A stretch of DNA of 62,329 nucleotides, filler included, from Choristocarpus tenellus KU-1152 (taxonomy: Eukaryota; Protista; Phaeophyceae), in assembly GCA_964200185.2 (NCBI GenBank). It is 9 parts of 9 records of this genome, joined end to end, with 100 filler letters (N's around TTAATTAATTAA, not from the genome) between each part and the next. Parts side by side here need not be neighbours in the genome. Positions count along the whole stretch, not along the records: positions 17,147 to 25,748 come from CAXNAD020004543.1; positions 25,849 to 34,593 come from CAXNAD020004377.1; positions 34,694 to 39,800 come from CAXNAD020011848.1; 6 more parts are not named here. One strand, 5' to 3'. The notes under the pieces were generated by a model that saw nothing but the letters and a program-made list of their open reading frames with translations, did no database searches and was not told where the DNA came from. Numbering within the stretch: the stretch's first letter is position 1; each line of letters starts with the position of its first letter. Shown piece by piece: positions 25,648 to 36,841 of the stretch. The translations under genes and the position numbers were made by a program.

Positions 25648-25748
25648 AACAGTCGATTTCAAAAATTGAGGATGGAGCTTTTCATTGAGGATGGAGCTTT
25701 TCATTGAGGATGGGCTTGACCCAAAATTGACTGGGATAAAGTGTCGAT
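25648..25748 (+). repeat. Dispersed repeat family C end with internal 19-bp tandem units
   Basis: AACAGnnGATTTCAAAAATTGAGGATGG…GCTTGACCCAAAATTG also at 52361-52428 (+) and 43602-43664 (-). Confidence 0.8.
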
Positions 25749-25912
25749 NNNNNNNNNNNNNNNNNNNNNNNNNNNNNNNNNNNNNNNNNNNNTTAATTAA
25801 TTAANNNNNNNNNNNNNNNNNNNNNNNNNNNNNNNNNNNNNNNNNNNNCTGACAACTCTTTTAGTTCATTTTTTTCTTCATAACATGAAAACCTACATAA
25901 AAGTATCTTGGA

Positions 25913-26084
25913 GGCTCAAAGCATCTGGGGGGGGGGTGGAGGCTGTCCATTCGGGGCCTATTTTTCCATGTCGCGATTTTGTGTGGTTTGGCTGCATGGG
26001 TCCGATGGATAATGTATGTTCACTTCTCCTGGTCAGGGCCTGAATGGACACCTGGTCCCACTCCCCGCCCAGAAATTCTGAGCC
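25913..26084 (+). mobile_element. MITE family B complete copy (172 bp)
   Basis: GGCTCAAAGCATCTGGGGGGGGG…CCCAGAAATTCTGAGCC with an exact 4-bp TSD TGGA/TGGA. Confidence 0.85.
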
Positions 26085-26575
26085 TGGACATCACATCAAA
26101 GTGTACCTAGTAGTGGGGAAAGCACGTAAAGGAGGAGTACCTCGAAATTTTTTGGAATCCAGCAGGGGCCCTCACCAGCCAGGGAACTGATTGCCACGCT
26201 TGGTGTGCTTCGCGCATGGTTCGATTATGATCAAGGACATCGAAACTTTTTGAGTCGATTAACTTAAACTCAAATTATTTTCGATTCACAACACTAACTT
26301 ATTGACATGCCTTATTTGAGCATGCCTTAAAAAGGCATCCTCTATATTTTTACCCTCCTGATCTGTTTGTTGTGTTGAGTGATTGATGCCCTCCCTTTAT
26401 AGTAATAAAATCTCTCTCCACAACAACATAATAATTATAATATAAATTTTATTCAATATTCTATTGATAATATTACGATTAATATTATTTGTAAAAATAA
26501 AATATTAATATAATATATTATTTGTGGAACTATTAAATTGTGTAGGCCTCGAGATTTCGATTTTCTATAAACATC

Positions 26576-26915
26576 ATGTGAATCGTGTGATTATGTGGTG
26601 GCGTGGTTCACTCAGGCAAGGAAGGGCAGGGCGTTGAAGAGAATCACCGGGCAAGACGGACAAGACGAACAAAGACGAACCGTAACCGAGGGTACGAGGC
26701 TATTAAGAAGGTTGGACAAGTGCAAATTGAGGAGTGATGAGCATCATCAAAGATAAGGCTTCATCACCACAAGTCTAGAAGACGTGAGAACAAAGTGGAT
26801 CTTCCATGTGTCACAACTCTGAATGACGAGCTGTCCCAAGTCTGTGGGATTGGTCACGTGAAGAGATTCCATGGTTTCATTCTGACGGAAGGTCCGCCAG
26901 TGGAATCATGGATGC
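26576..26915 (+). repeat. Dispersed repeat family D (uninterrupted reference copy)
   Basis: First ~40 nt are the reverse complement of window positions 1-40 (2 mismatches); collinear with 53971-54265. Confidence 0.85.
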
Positions 26916-29900
26916 TTGACTGGGAACCTCCACCGGTACAAGGGTATAACGGTATATGACATACGGCAATAACGGTATAACAACAGATAAACATGCTTTC
27001 TACAATTAACATGCTTGATATAGGTATTGGCGGATAGTCCAGAACTGGCTCTATACAAAAATCAAACAGTTACGAACTTTTCCCAAAATGGTAGGAGTTA
27101 CGACAGTAGTAGTGCAGACAGAACCTGCTCTATTTTGCATGACCGCAAGCTGCGTAATCAATTAACTTTCCACAGTAACGGTATCCAGACGTATTTTTAG
27201 AGTTTCTTCTCTCTGCTTGTACCCAATGCCACCACACTCAATGTTATTTGACTTGGTTTGGACCCTTTACATCTATCTAGTAACCAATGTTTATTAGCTG
27301 TTTGGGACTGTATGCCCCTGTGTTTGAGATCATTGTTCCCAGTGTAATGGGTCCTTCGCAACATGCCAGAAAGTAGTGTGTAGAAAACCATCCCGACGAA
27401 ACTGCTTTTGCTACCTACTTTTCTGCCACTCAGAATGGACTACATGAGGACTTTCTTGAAGGTTTATGTTGTCACATGGAGGTAAGGACTTTCCCTTATC
27501 AGGCCTAGCTTGGATGTATGTGGAAAATTTGCAAAAGAGAGCTACTCAAGTAGAGTATTTTGCTTTGTGTGGTATCGATGTATTTATTAGCGAAGTGAGC
27601 ACAGCCCTCGGTGGTGGGGGGTGCTCTCTCTTATTATCTTATTGTTTATTGCATATGTCAGCTGACACATCAAAACGTGTCCTACCGTTCATCGTACTAT
27701 GTCACTTATCCTGTGTAACTAGTACTATGTCAGTAATCCTCCATCAGTCCGTTTATATCAAGTAATAAGAAACCAATCACTTGTTCCACTTAGTCAACAC
27801 TCCTGTTGTTGTCTAGTAGTGGTCGCTAAACACGTATAAACCATATAGACTATCAACCTATATTGCACAGAAAATGTCGGTGGTGGGAGCTGTGCAATCC
27901 AAGGGATCAAGATGGAAGTGTGATCTCACCTCTTTTTCGATTGCTGTATTTGTATCTGCGCCTCAGCCTAACCTATGTGGTAGAGATGCTCTTTCTTTCT
28001 CTCCTGATGTTCAAAACATCTTCTGATGTGCTTCAGATTCTTTGCAACTTGTCGACAGAGTTACACCCTGTCTCAGAGATTACATGAACCTGCTGCGACA
28101 ATGTTGTCATGCGATAATCCTGTCATTTCACACTTGTGTGTCCTCACTTGCAACAACCACAATGGGTTGCCAAAATCCTGTAGCCAGGATAGGATACTGC
28201 AGAGCGCGATGATGTCAGTGGGTAACAGGGGGGGCTGCTCCATGGTAGAAGAAGAGGGGAAGCATCACCGGTTTTAAGTAGTCACTGTGCTCCAGGAGTC
28301 CCAGGAGGAAACAATTACTGGTGGGGTGGGTGTCCCTGCGTAATCTTGTGGGGGCTGTGCTGGGGGCAAAAGGGCAGGTACGTGCTTGAGCAGCAGAAGG
28401 GGGGCAGGCGCAGGGGGGTACTGTGTCTAAGGTAGGTATGTGCTGTGCCTGGTTCGAAGGGGTGGGGTGTACAGGTAGGGGGTCTGTGCTTGCCTGTGCA
28501 AAATTTTACGATTAATCTAAAAATGTATTTAATAACATACATAACTCTGGGATCTCTACATACGTGTTTTCGACTTTGAAAGTGGCCAACACGGGGAATT
28601 CAAAATGAGTACTAGAAGCATCAGAGGCCAGGACCCCGTCAGAAATCACATTTTTGGACCAACCATTCCCTCGACAATGTTCAACAAAGATATGATGGTT
28701 GGACTACGTAGAAAGGTAGAAGTTAGTGTTAGTGTTAGTGTTAGTGTTAGTGTTAGTGTTAGGGATAGGGTTAGGGACAGGGTAAGGATCAGGAAGAACA
28801 GTCGATTTGACATTTTGGGTCAACCAACCCCTAAATGACGTACACAGAAAAAATCATTGAACTAGAAATAGAGTTGAAGTGTGCGGGGGGGGGGGTTGAC
28901 GATAGAACAGTACGTATCGTCCACCTCTCCGTGTCTAGTAATAATAGCTACATTATGTAATATTTATGAGAGTGGTTGAGTTATGGTGATGGGTGGTAAT
29001 GAGAATCACCAGAGGTGAAGTTCACGAAGGAATTGAAAGAGGAGGTTGAGGCATGGTGGGCAAGAGTAGAGACACTGAGAGCAGGATGTTCCTCGATACC
29101 CAACTATGATTGACTGAGCCCAAGTCAGAACTCAAAACAGTCCCTTGCTGATTGACCTCACGATTGGTGTTTAGGTCATCATCGCGACCTCGTGGTATGC
29201 CTGACCCACACCACATCACCTTTACTGGTTACAACTATGGGAAAGTCTACGCATGTAACCGACATGTTTGTGCACGATCTGTTCCATGAAGGTTCAGAAG
29301 ATGTACAGGACTTATCCCCAACATTTTTTTCTTCAAGTTTCTGAATATAATATTCATATTAATAATATGTAAACCACAACACCAAAAGTGTTCCTGGGAT
29401 CTGGAACGACGCGCAAAAAATTATCATTGATGATATTCAGACACGGAACAACAATTATGTGCCGATGGTGATGTGGATTGATTGGTGGAAGATTCATATA
29501 CGTTACAACAGTAAAACTGTTAGATTAGTCATGTAGTTAATATTCGATTATGTTTTTTTCTTCGTTAGTTGACGGTTGGTGGTGGTACCTATGACTGTTC
29601 TTTTTTTTTACTTGTTTATGGTAATATTTGAGGTACAAAATACAACTGAAGTAGGAACAATAGTAGTAGTGGAGCAGTAACAGAACGGTTCTTGACTTGA
29701 GGTTGGTTAGAAACGTGGTACTGTACAGAGAGAAGAGGAAGATTGAATATTGAAGAAGCCAACGAGGGTGGGATACTCGCAATCAAATCAACCACCAGAT
29801 TACGACGAAGCAGCCGAGGGAGTTACACCCAAAGAGGTAATTGCAACTACTACACATATCCTACCGTACGTATCACACAGAGACATAAAGACATATTTCG

Positions 29901-29963
29901 GTCGTCAACACGTTCAAGATCCAAAGTTTCCATCACATCGATCGAGAAGGAGACGAATTAGAG

Positions 29964-32900
29964 ATGTTGACGCCTGAAGAGACCAACACCAAGCTTCTCA
30001 TCATCTGCGTCAAGAGGGCGGAGCAGCTCAAAGATGTCCAGGTATACTGTTATTATCACTTACCAGATGCTAGCCAGGGAGTCAAGAAACCTAACTTTCC
30101 TCACATCGTCGCACAACCCCGCCATCGAGAATATCCAGTGTTTCTTACGCGTGTAGGGCCATTTTGTCGTATCCTTGGTAGAGGCATGCACAATGATATA
30201 CATATTTACAGGAGATAAGCTAGACCACTCCAACTATGCGACTAAATCGTTGCAAAGATCTCGTTCGGGATCGAATACAGTCTAGTTTGCCTACCCCGTC
30301 CGGGTAGGGAAAACTCTTAGGGGGATGGTCGAGTATGTGCTCATAACCTTTTTTATCATTAATGGAGAAGAGTCATTAGGTTCGTACTCGGCGGCGATCT
30401 ATTGGTGTACTGACGAGGTGCGTTTTGATCGAACGAGTCGAGAAAACGTGACAACGAGCAAGTAACTCGAAAGCCAAAATGTTACCCGAGCAACTAGGAA
30501 ATGATCATATTGCTGTTACCTGAGTATTGTTGTGCTGGTGGGTTCAACCCCCAGATCACTTTGTAGAATCCTCGTGCCGCAACCACTCATTGCAGTGCTT
30601 ATTTCAAATTGCTTTTCAGCAGTCCAATAAAAGATGTCAAGTCACAACACGAATTCTGCATCAGCCTAGTGATGATGCTCGATTAGGTGACGAATACGAT
30701 ATTGTTTCAATCGAGCAGTACCAGAGATGCGAAAGGAATCAAAGGCGCATACGCCTGTAGAGACACTCGCAGTCTAAGTGGCTCACACAATGTACGAATT
30801 TATACTATCAACTCTATTCAGAACAAGCCCAAACGTCATATTTACCTTACCCCAAATATTTACTCGCCCATCATCTCACATTTCTCCATTTTATCATGTT
30901 TCTCTCAAGATTATTGGAGCTCAAGATCCTTACGCTAATTTATGGGTAGGGACTGGAGGACAAAAAGTCAAGACCAAGGTTCACAAGGCCGGAGGAATAA
31001 TGGCCACGTGGAATGAAACGTTCATGTTTAACATAGAGGTGGGTGGAAAACGACAATGAGACATTACTGCATCGTATTGTATGTAGTCATATATCCCACA
31101 AGGTTAGACTATAAACAGGTTCATTCTGCACAATGGGCCATAACTTACAACTCAATTATTTGTTGAAGGTAGGGTTAAGAAGGATTCTATTTTTTTTTGT
31201 TGAATTTTGTTTTTCGTTAGTGAAGAGTTGGGATGGGAGACGATTCGCTTATGATAAAGTTTCCAGAGTGACACGAAGAAGGTGTTTCCGGAAGCAACAG
31301 TATTTCTCAGTAGGTACTTTAGAGGGCGGACCTAATCCTAGTGAGGATTATGACTTTCTTGTTTGTTGTGTTGGTAGCAACAACATGAACGTACACACAC
31401 ACAGACACACACATATATTTTTTGCACTTTCCTCCGTGCGAGGACAAAGAGGAGAGTAGACGTTCTCGAACATTACTTCTATGCTATTAGTAGTACTACT
31501 AAGCACTTGTCAAGTGCAGAGGTGTAGGTGCCTATACTCCTTAATAAAATTTGAACTTGAGGATACTGGCAATAGTTCCGTTGAAGATGTCTTGTTGTTT
31601 ATGGACTCCATAAGATATGCGTACTACGAATCTACCGCCTAGTGCAAAACCGAGAGAGTAACGGATCCCCCCCTCCATCCGTCTCTGTGTGTCTCTCTAT
31701 CTGTAGTAAGTTAGGAATAAATGTGATTCCGTTGATGGTAATCTATCCGTATCCAAAGAGATTTTATTGTAGAGTAGGGGTGACGTAGGGTTTATAATTA
31801 CATATTTTCAAGTATTATTTTTGTCCAAACCCATCCCTACAACCTGACCTGAACCGATCACAGTCATCGGTTATCAACTCTCCTCTACATCGCGCGTCTG
31901 CTCACTAGTGTATCGTAACTCGTGTGATAGAGTAACAGGTGCTACTATAGTTTCTTGTCCTCGCGTTTTTTTTCGCAATAGTTGCACGCTAATCCCACGT
32001 CAGCTCCTCCTTCTACACCTACTACCTTGTAACGCGTAGCTTTCGATTTTGCAAGAATTCAAATAGGTACAAACTCAAAGAAGGTGAGTTCTTAGGTAAT
32101 GTGGCTTTGAATCTGCCAGATAGTTGAGCAAAGAAGCAGTAGGAATAGTAAGATATTTGTTCTACGGTTAGCTAATAGTTACAACTGGAAACTACAATGA
32201 ACACGTCTATATTTCGTGACTCAGTATAACGAGAGCTATTGTGTGCTGTGTTATTGTATAATGATAGGCTGAGGCCTTGACTATACGTATACTGACCATC
32301 TACCTCACTTTTCATATTGCACATTGGTGCATGTACTGTACTATTCATAGCTACCTTCCATGATTATTGTGCGTTTGTCAATAAAATCATTTTTTCGTTA
32401 AGTGTAAAACGGCTGGAAACCGGCAGACAGACTATTAAGATTGAAGGGGAAGGTGAAAGTCCACAGGAGGACATGTTAAGGAGAGAGATGACAAGGAAGG
32501 GCAGTCAAGTCGAAGAAGGTCGCTCAGATTAGGAGTAACCAAGAAAGTGACTGAATGGGGTTTGCCAGCTCCACTCAATACCTTGATGCCGATGTCATTA
32601 AAATCGCCATTGTTCTATATGCATGTATCATTCATGACAGAGGAACAAACTCTGAGATCTACCTTATAATGGAAGAGCACCTCAAGAATATTACCTTAGA
32701 GTGAAGGTAGCATCACATAAGTATGTTATTTTTTTATATTTGGAGCAGATAATAGTAGTGTGCTTAGCAATGTGTGGTACATAGGTAAAATAGACCAAAA
32801 TATAGTATATAGTGCTGTATCGAGTAGTTCTTATGATCAATACTGCAATAGGCTTTATAACTTAGTGGTATTTTTTTAATATCAATCTTTGGTGATCAAT

Positions 32901-34153
32901 GGGTCCGACATTGCCTTTAGTGCAAAGGAAGAATAAATGCTACAGAGATAGTCGCAAGGAGTAGCAGAAAACGGAAAACAAGCAGCAGTAGCTAGTAGCT
33001 ACATCGACTGGCAATTGTAATATGATAGTAAGGTTGTGATGTTGGAGTGTGTACATTTTATGAGGACCTTTATTTCGACTGGCAATTGACGTCAGGGTCT
33101 GACCTGCTGGATACTACTACTTCGACGATGGAAATAGTAGTTCCATAAAGCAAATGTGTACTGAGGTGTGTATCTCAGGCATACTACGGACTACTAGCCA
33201 GTTGTGGCTTTACTCCTACAACGTAATATACCTAGTACACACACACACAGAGCCAAAGTATCTTAGAGGGTAGAGCCGCGTCCATTTGGGGGCCAAAATC
33301 CAATGTTGCGATTTTGATGTAATTTTAACTATTCTGTTTGTTAGCAAGTGTCAATATCCATGTTCCAGACACCTTTTCATAACATATGCACTTTACCTGG
33401 TCCTACACACATTTGAGTACGAAAAATGTCATAAAAGAACCCATGGGAAGCCAAGCCCCAAATGGACAAACAGGGCAAAACTCGTACCCTCTAAGATACT
33501 TTCACTCACATATATATTTGCAGTAGAGTACTTTGCTCAAGGGGTGGAACTTCTAAGAATAACAAACACACTCTCTCCCCACCTCCTAACTACTCAAACT
33601 CACCAACCACACAGCAATGCATCTCTCATCACACAATCATTGCACATCAAATACGAAGTCGAGGTGAGTCAACGTATGTTAGAGGATAGAGCGGCGTCTG
33701 TTTGGGGACCAAAATCCAACAATGTTGCTATTTTTTCGTGATTTTGGCTAATTGTGGTTGTTTAGAAGTGTCAATGTCCTTGTTCCGACACACCGTTTCA
33801 TAGTTTTATACATTTTAACTACTTGGAAACATTTCGAAGTAGGAAAAAATATATATTTTTTAAACGTGGGAAGCCAAGCCCCAAACGGACAAACATGGTA
33901 AAATTCGTATCCTCTAAGATACTTTCACTCAGATTGCAAAAAATAACTCTCCGTTGTCTCCATCCTGATCCACCCCCCTGGGTGCTTGCACTGACTGCTT
34001 TGCACCGATCTACTGCTCCAACTCATATTCCGCTCATTGACTGACCCTGGGTAACTTCTAGGGGATCAATCCCAACGAGCACTTGAAGATTGAAGTGAAG
34101 AACAAGAATGTTACTGACACCAGGTCCATTGGCAAGGGGGATATTCTGCTCAG
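29964..34153 (+). CDS. C2-domain-containing protein, first three exons
   Basis: Exons 29964-30041 (MLTPEETNTKLLIICVKRAEQLKDVQ), 30910-31038 (IIGAQDPYANLWVG…KTKVHKAGGIMATWNETFMFNIE) and 34062-34153 (GINPNEHLKIEVKNKNVTDTRSIGKGDILL): GT-AG, phase-compatible, typical C2 pattern (A..LK, DPY, KTKV, WNETF.F, L.IEV…D..IG). Continuation beyond the gap at 34594 is uncertain (candidate exon ~38391-38470). Confidence 0.85.
33250..33507 (-). mobile_element. MITE family A copy (reverse orientation)
   Basis: GAGCCAAAGTATCTTAGAGGGTA…TACCCTCTAAGATACTTTCACTC. Confidence 0.88.
33666..33930 (-). mobile_element. MITE family A copy (reverse orientation)
   Basis: GAGTCAACGTATGTTAGAGG…CCTCTAAGATACTTTCACTC; flanks AGGT/AGAT. 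Confidence 0.85.
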
Positions 34154-34524
34154 GTGAGAGGAGATAAATAAAAGGGAGTTGGGGGGAAAGTTTACGTATT
34201 AAAAAACAACAGGACTCAGGGAAGAGGAAAGGGAGATAATATATTTTAGAATGGCAACGTGACTGTTGAATACATGTTAACCCCTGTCAAAATTTCTGTG
34301 AGTTAGTTTAGGAATTAAGCAAGATTGTTGATAGTTTCGATATCTTCCCCCTCGGTGGATACTTTCCAAGAGTTATCCCTGTAAGTGATGATTAGACATG
34401 AGAGTAGGCTCAGACTTTGTGGGATCAGACCCTCTTTGATATAAATTGACTTGCAGTGTAGATGATCAAGTTAGGCTGGCAGATGATTCTATGAGGGTTC
34501 AGGGTGAGATATATTCCTTTTGTT

Positions 34525-34839
34525 TGGTCAAAGTATCTGGGGGGGGGGGGGGGTCAGCGGCCCGTTTTCACCCATTTTTAAATTTTCACATTTNNNNNNN
34601 NNNNNNNNNNNNNNNNNNNNNNNNNNNNNNNNNNNNNTTAATTAATTAANNNNNNNNNNNNNNNNNNNNNNNNNNNNNNNNNNNNNNNNNNNNGGGGGGG
34701 GGGGTTGTGAGGGGGCGTCCGTTTCGGTCAAACAACTCTTTTTTTTGTTGCAGACATTTCAAATCCCACACGTGCGACCAAATCACATCAAAACGGTGAA
34801 AAACGGACGCCGGCACCCTCCCCCCAGATACTTTGACCC
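34525..34839. mobile_element. MITE family B-related ends around an assembly gap
   Basis: GGTCAAAGTATCTG(G)n…[gap]…CCCCCAGATACTTTGACC; the internal segment also matches 39740-39800. Confidence 0.7.
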
Positions 34840-36053
34840 TGTTTGTATTCATTTGTGTTGGTAGTTTGAATGGATGGAATCTTTCTACGACAGCACCCTA
34901 TTATTTTGTTATTTTAAGACATTGTTGTCTTCGTTTGTTTATATGTTAATAGTTCTCAATGACGGAGAGCCTTTACATGGCAGCACCCTGTTTCTTTGCG
35001 ATTGTGATACATTATCTTTGTATTCCATGGTTTTGAAATGAGAAGATTTTTTTAGAACATTTCCCTATTTTTGACATGCGTGTGAGGCTCTGGTGTACGA
35101 GGTTTTCGCTTGAACGTTGAGTCAAATGCAGAGTGAGTGCCATGAGGTGCGAGTGTCGTGCTAGCATATGCTTTGTCAGGGCAAACATTAGAAAGGGGGT
35201 TTCCCGCAATTTTCCTCTTCCGCTGGATCCTCAATGCTGCCTACTGATTTGTCAGTACCTGTGAGTGACATTCACTTCATTTCTCCTAAGTCCATGAAAG
35301 GTAAGGACTGACATCTTACTTCCTTGTCCAATTGCCTGTTCTTTGCATTGAAGCAGTTTTGCTTCATGCTAGGGGAGGCATGTTACAGGCGGTATGTCTT
35401 GATTGCGGTTTCATATACGCCAGTATGACCTTGAAGTCCTAGGGGGTTTTTTGTTTCTACTTCTGGACAATTTATTTATTATTCGTTATGATTATGATTA
35501 TGATTGTGATTGAGACTATATACGTCGTTGCCAGTTCCTTTTATATACTCTGATAATACCTATGAAGTGAATAATCGAAGAGAGAGATTCAGTATACTTG
35601 ACAACTTGCGCATCATCGAGCCCTGTACAAGCTTCATGATCCACATGCATTCTTATCGATTGGAGTTGCATATCCCATCATAGTAAACTTGCAGATGGTT
35701 TTGTAACACGAACAGTGTGTATGATGATATCTTGGTTGCTACTTTGCAAGGAACAGCAGTAGCTTTGTAGTAGAAAATCCGGGACGATTATTCTCGTTTT
35801 GTTTGTATCCAGAGGATGAATCCTATCTAACAGCTTGAATTTCAGTACCCCCATTGAGGTCACAACCAATCACTGTTACGTACTACTGTACTTGGTAGCG
35901 TTACTGCTATTGTTGACACACACAATACAAGCGTATATGCAGAGGGTGATTCCTCCTCTTTTCGACAACAAGGTGAATCTAAGCGCTGTGGTCATCCTCT
36001 ATCATGCTTGCCTTGCCAATTTTACGCGAGTTCGCTCCTTGTATGTACATACG

Positions 36054-36232
36054 GACCCAAAGTATCTGGGGGGGGGGGGCTGTCTACACTAGGGTGTCCA
36101 TTTGGGTCAAAACCAGGAAAAGTGCACTTTTATTATCCATCCAACGTGTACAACCAAATTACCCAAAAATCGCGACATGAAAAAACTGACTCCAAATGGA
36201 CAGCCGCCACACACCCCCAGACACTTTGGGTC
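36054..36232 (-). mobile_element. MITE family B complete copy
   Basis: GACCCAAAGTATCTG(G)n…CCCCCAGACACTTTGGGTC, subterminal GTCCATTTGG motifs, flanked by ACG/ACG. Confidence 0.85.
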
Positions 36233-36678
36233 ACGATACTTTTTCTTTTCCTCGGTTGTGTTGGTGTTTGGGCATTTTCTCTTTTCCTGAATAAATGGAA
36301 TCTCAACATTGGTCCTTAGCATTGGTGCTGGTGCTCACTGGAAAAAGAGGAGATGAGTACAAGCGGGTTGAAACCCACACATACATGCTGACCTTTCACC
36401 ACTGAGTTGCAAGGCTGCTTGGTTATGTCCAATTTAGAGATGCAAGGATTTGGATTAAGGAAATAGCGCACAAAGCACATGCAAAATCCCAACCATGAAA
36501 AAAAAAAAGATTTCATGGTTTCATCTGAACGGAACTATGGTCAGATAGATGATAGGTAGGACATGAAGAAAATGTAAAAAGAAAATACAAGCATAAAAAT
36601 CAACACCAAAGCAAAAAATGAAAACAGATGAGAAACTGAAATAAAACCAAGAAAAAGAACACGTGAAGCATGTATCTC

Positions 36679-36841
36679 TGTGCTATTTACCTTGGGAGGT
36701 GATGTTATTTATCAGTAGTAATGACAAGAAGGTGTGAAGCCTCATACGATTCCCCATTGCTGAACGTGATTACATGGTTGAAATTAGAGAAGAGTGACCT
36801 CATAATGATAAATAGCATTACCTCCCAAGGTAAATTGCACA
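36679..36841. mobile_element. Small inverted-repeat element (MITE-like, 163 bp)
   Basis: 36-bp inverted repeats TGTGCTATTTACCTTGGGAGGTGATGTTATTTATCA / TGATAAATAGCATTACCTCCCAAGGTAAATTGCACA (3 mismatches). Confidence 0.7.
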
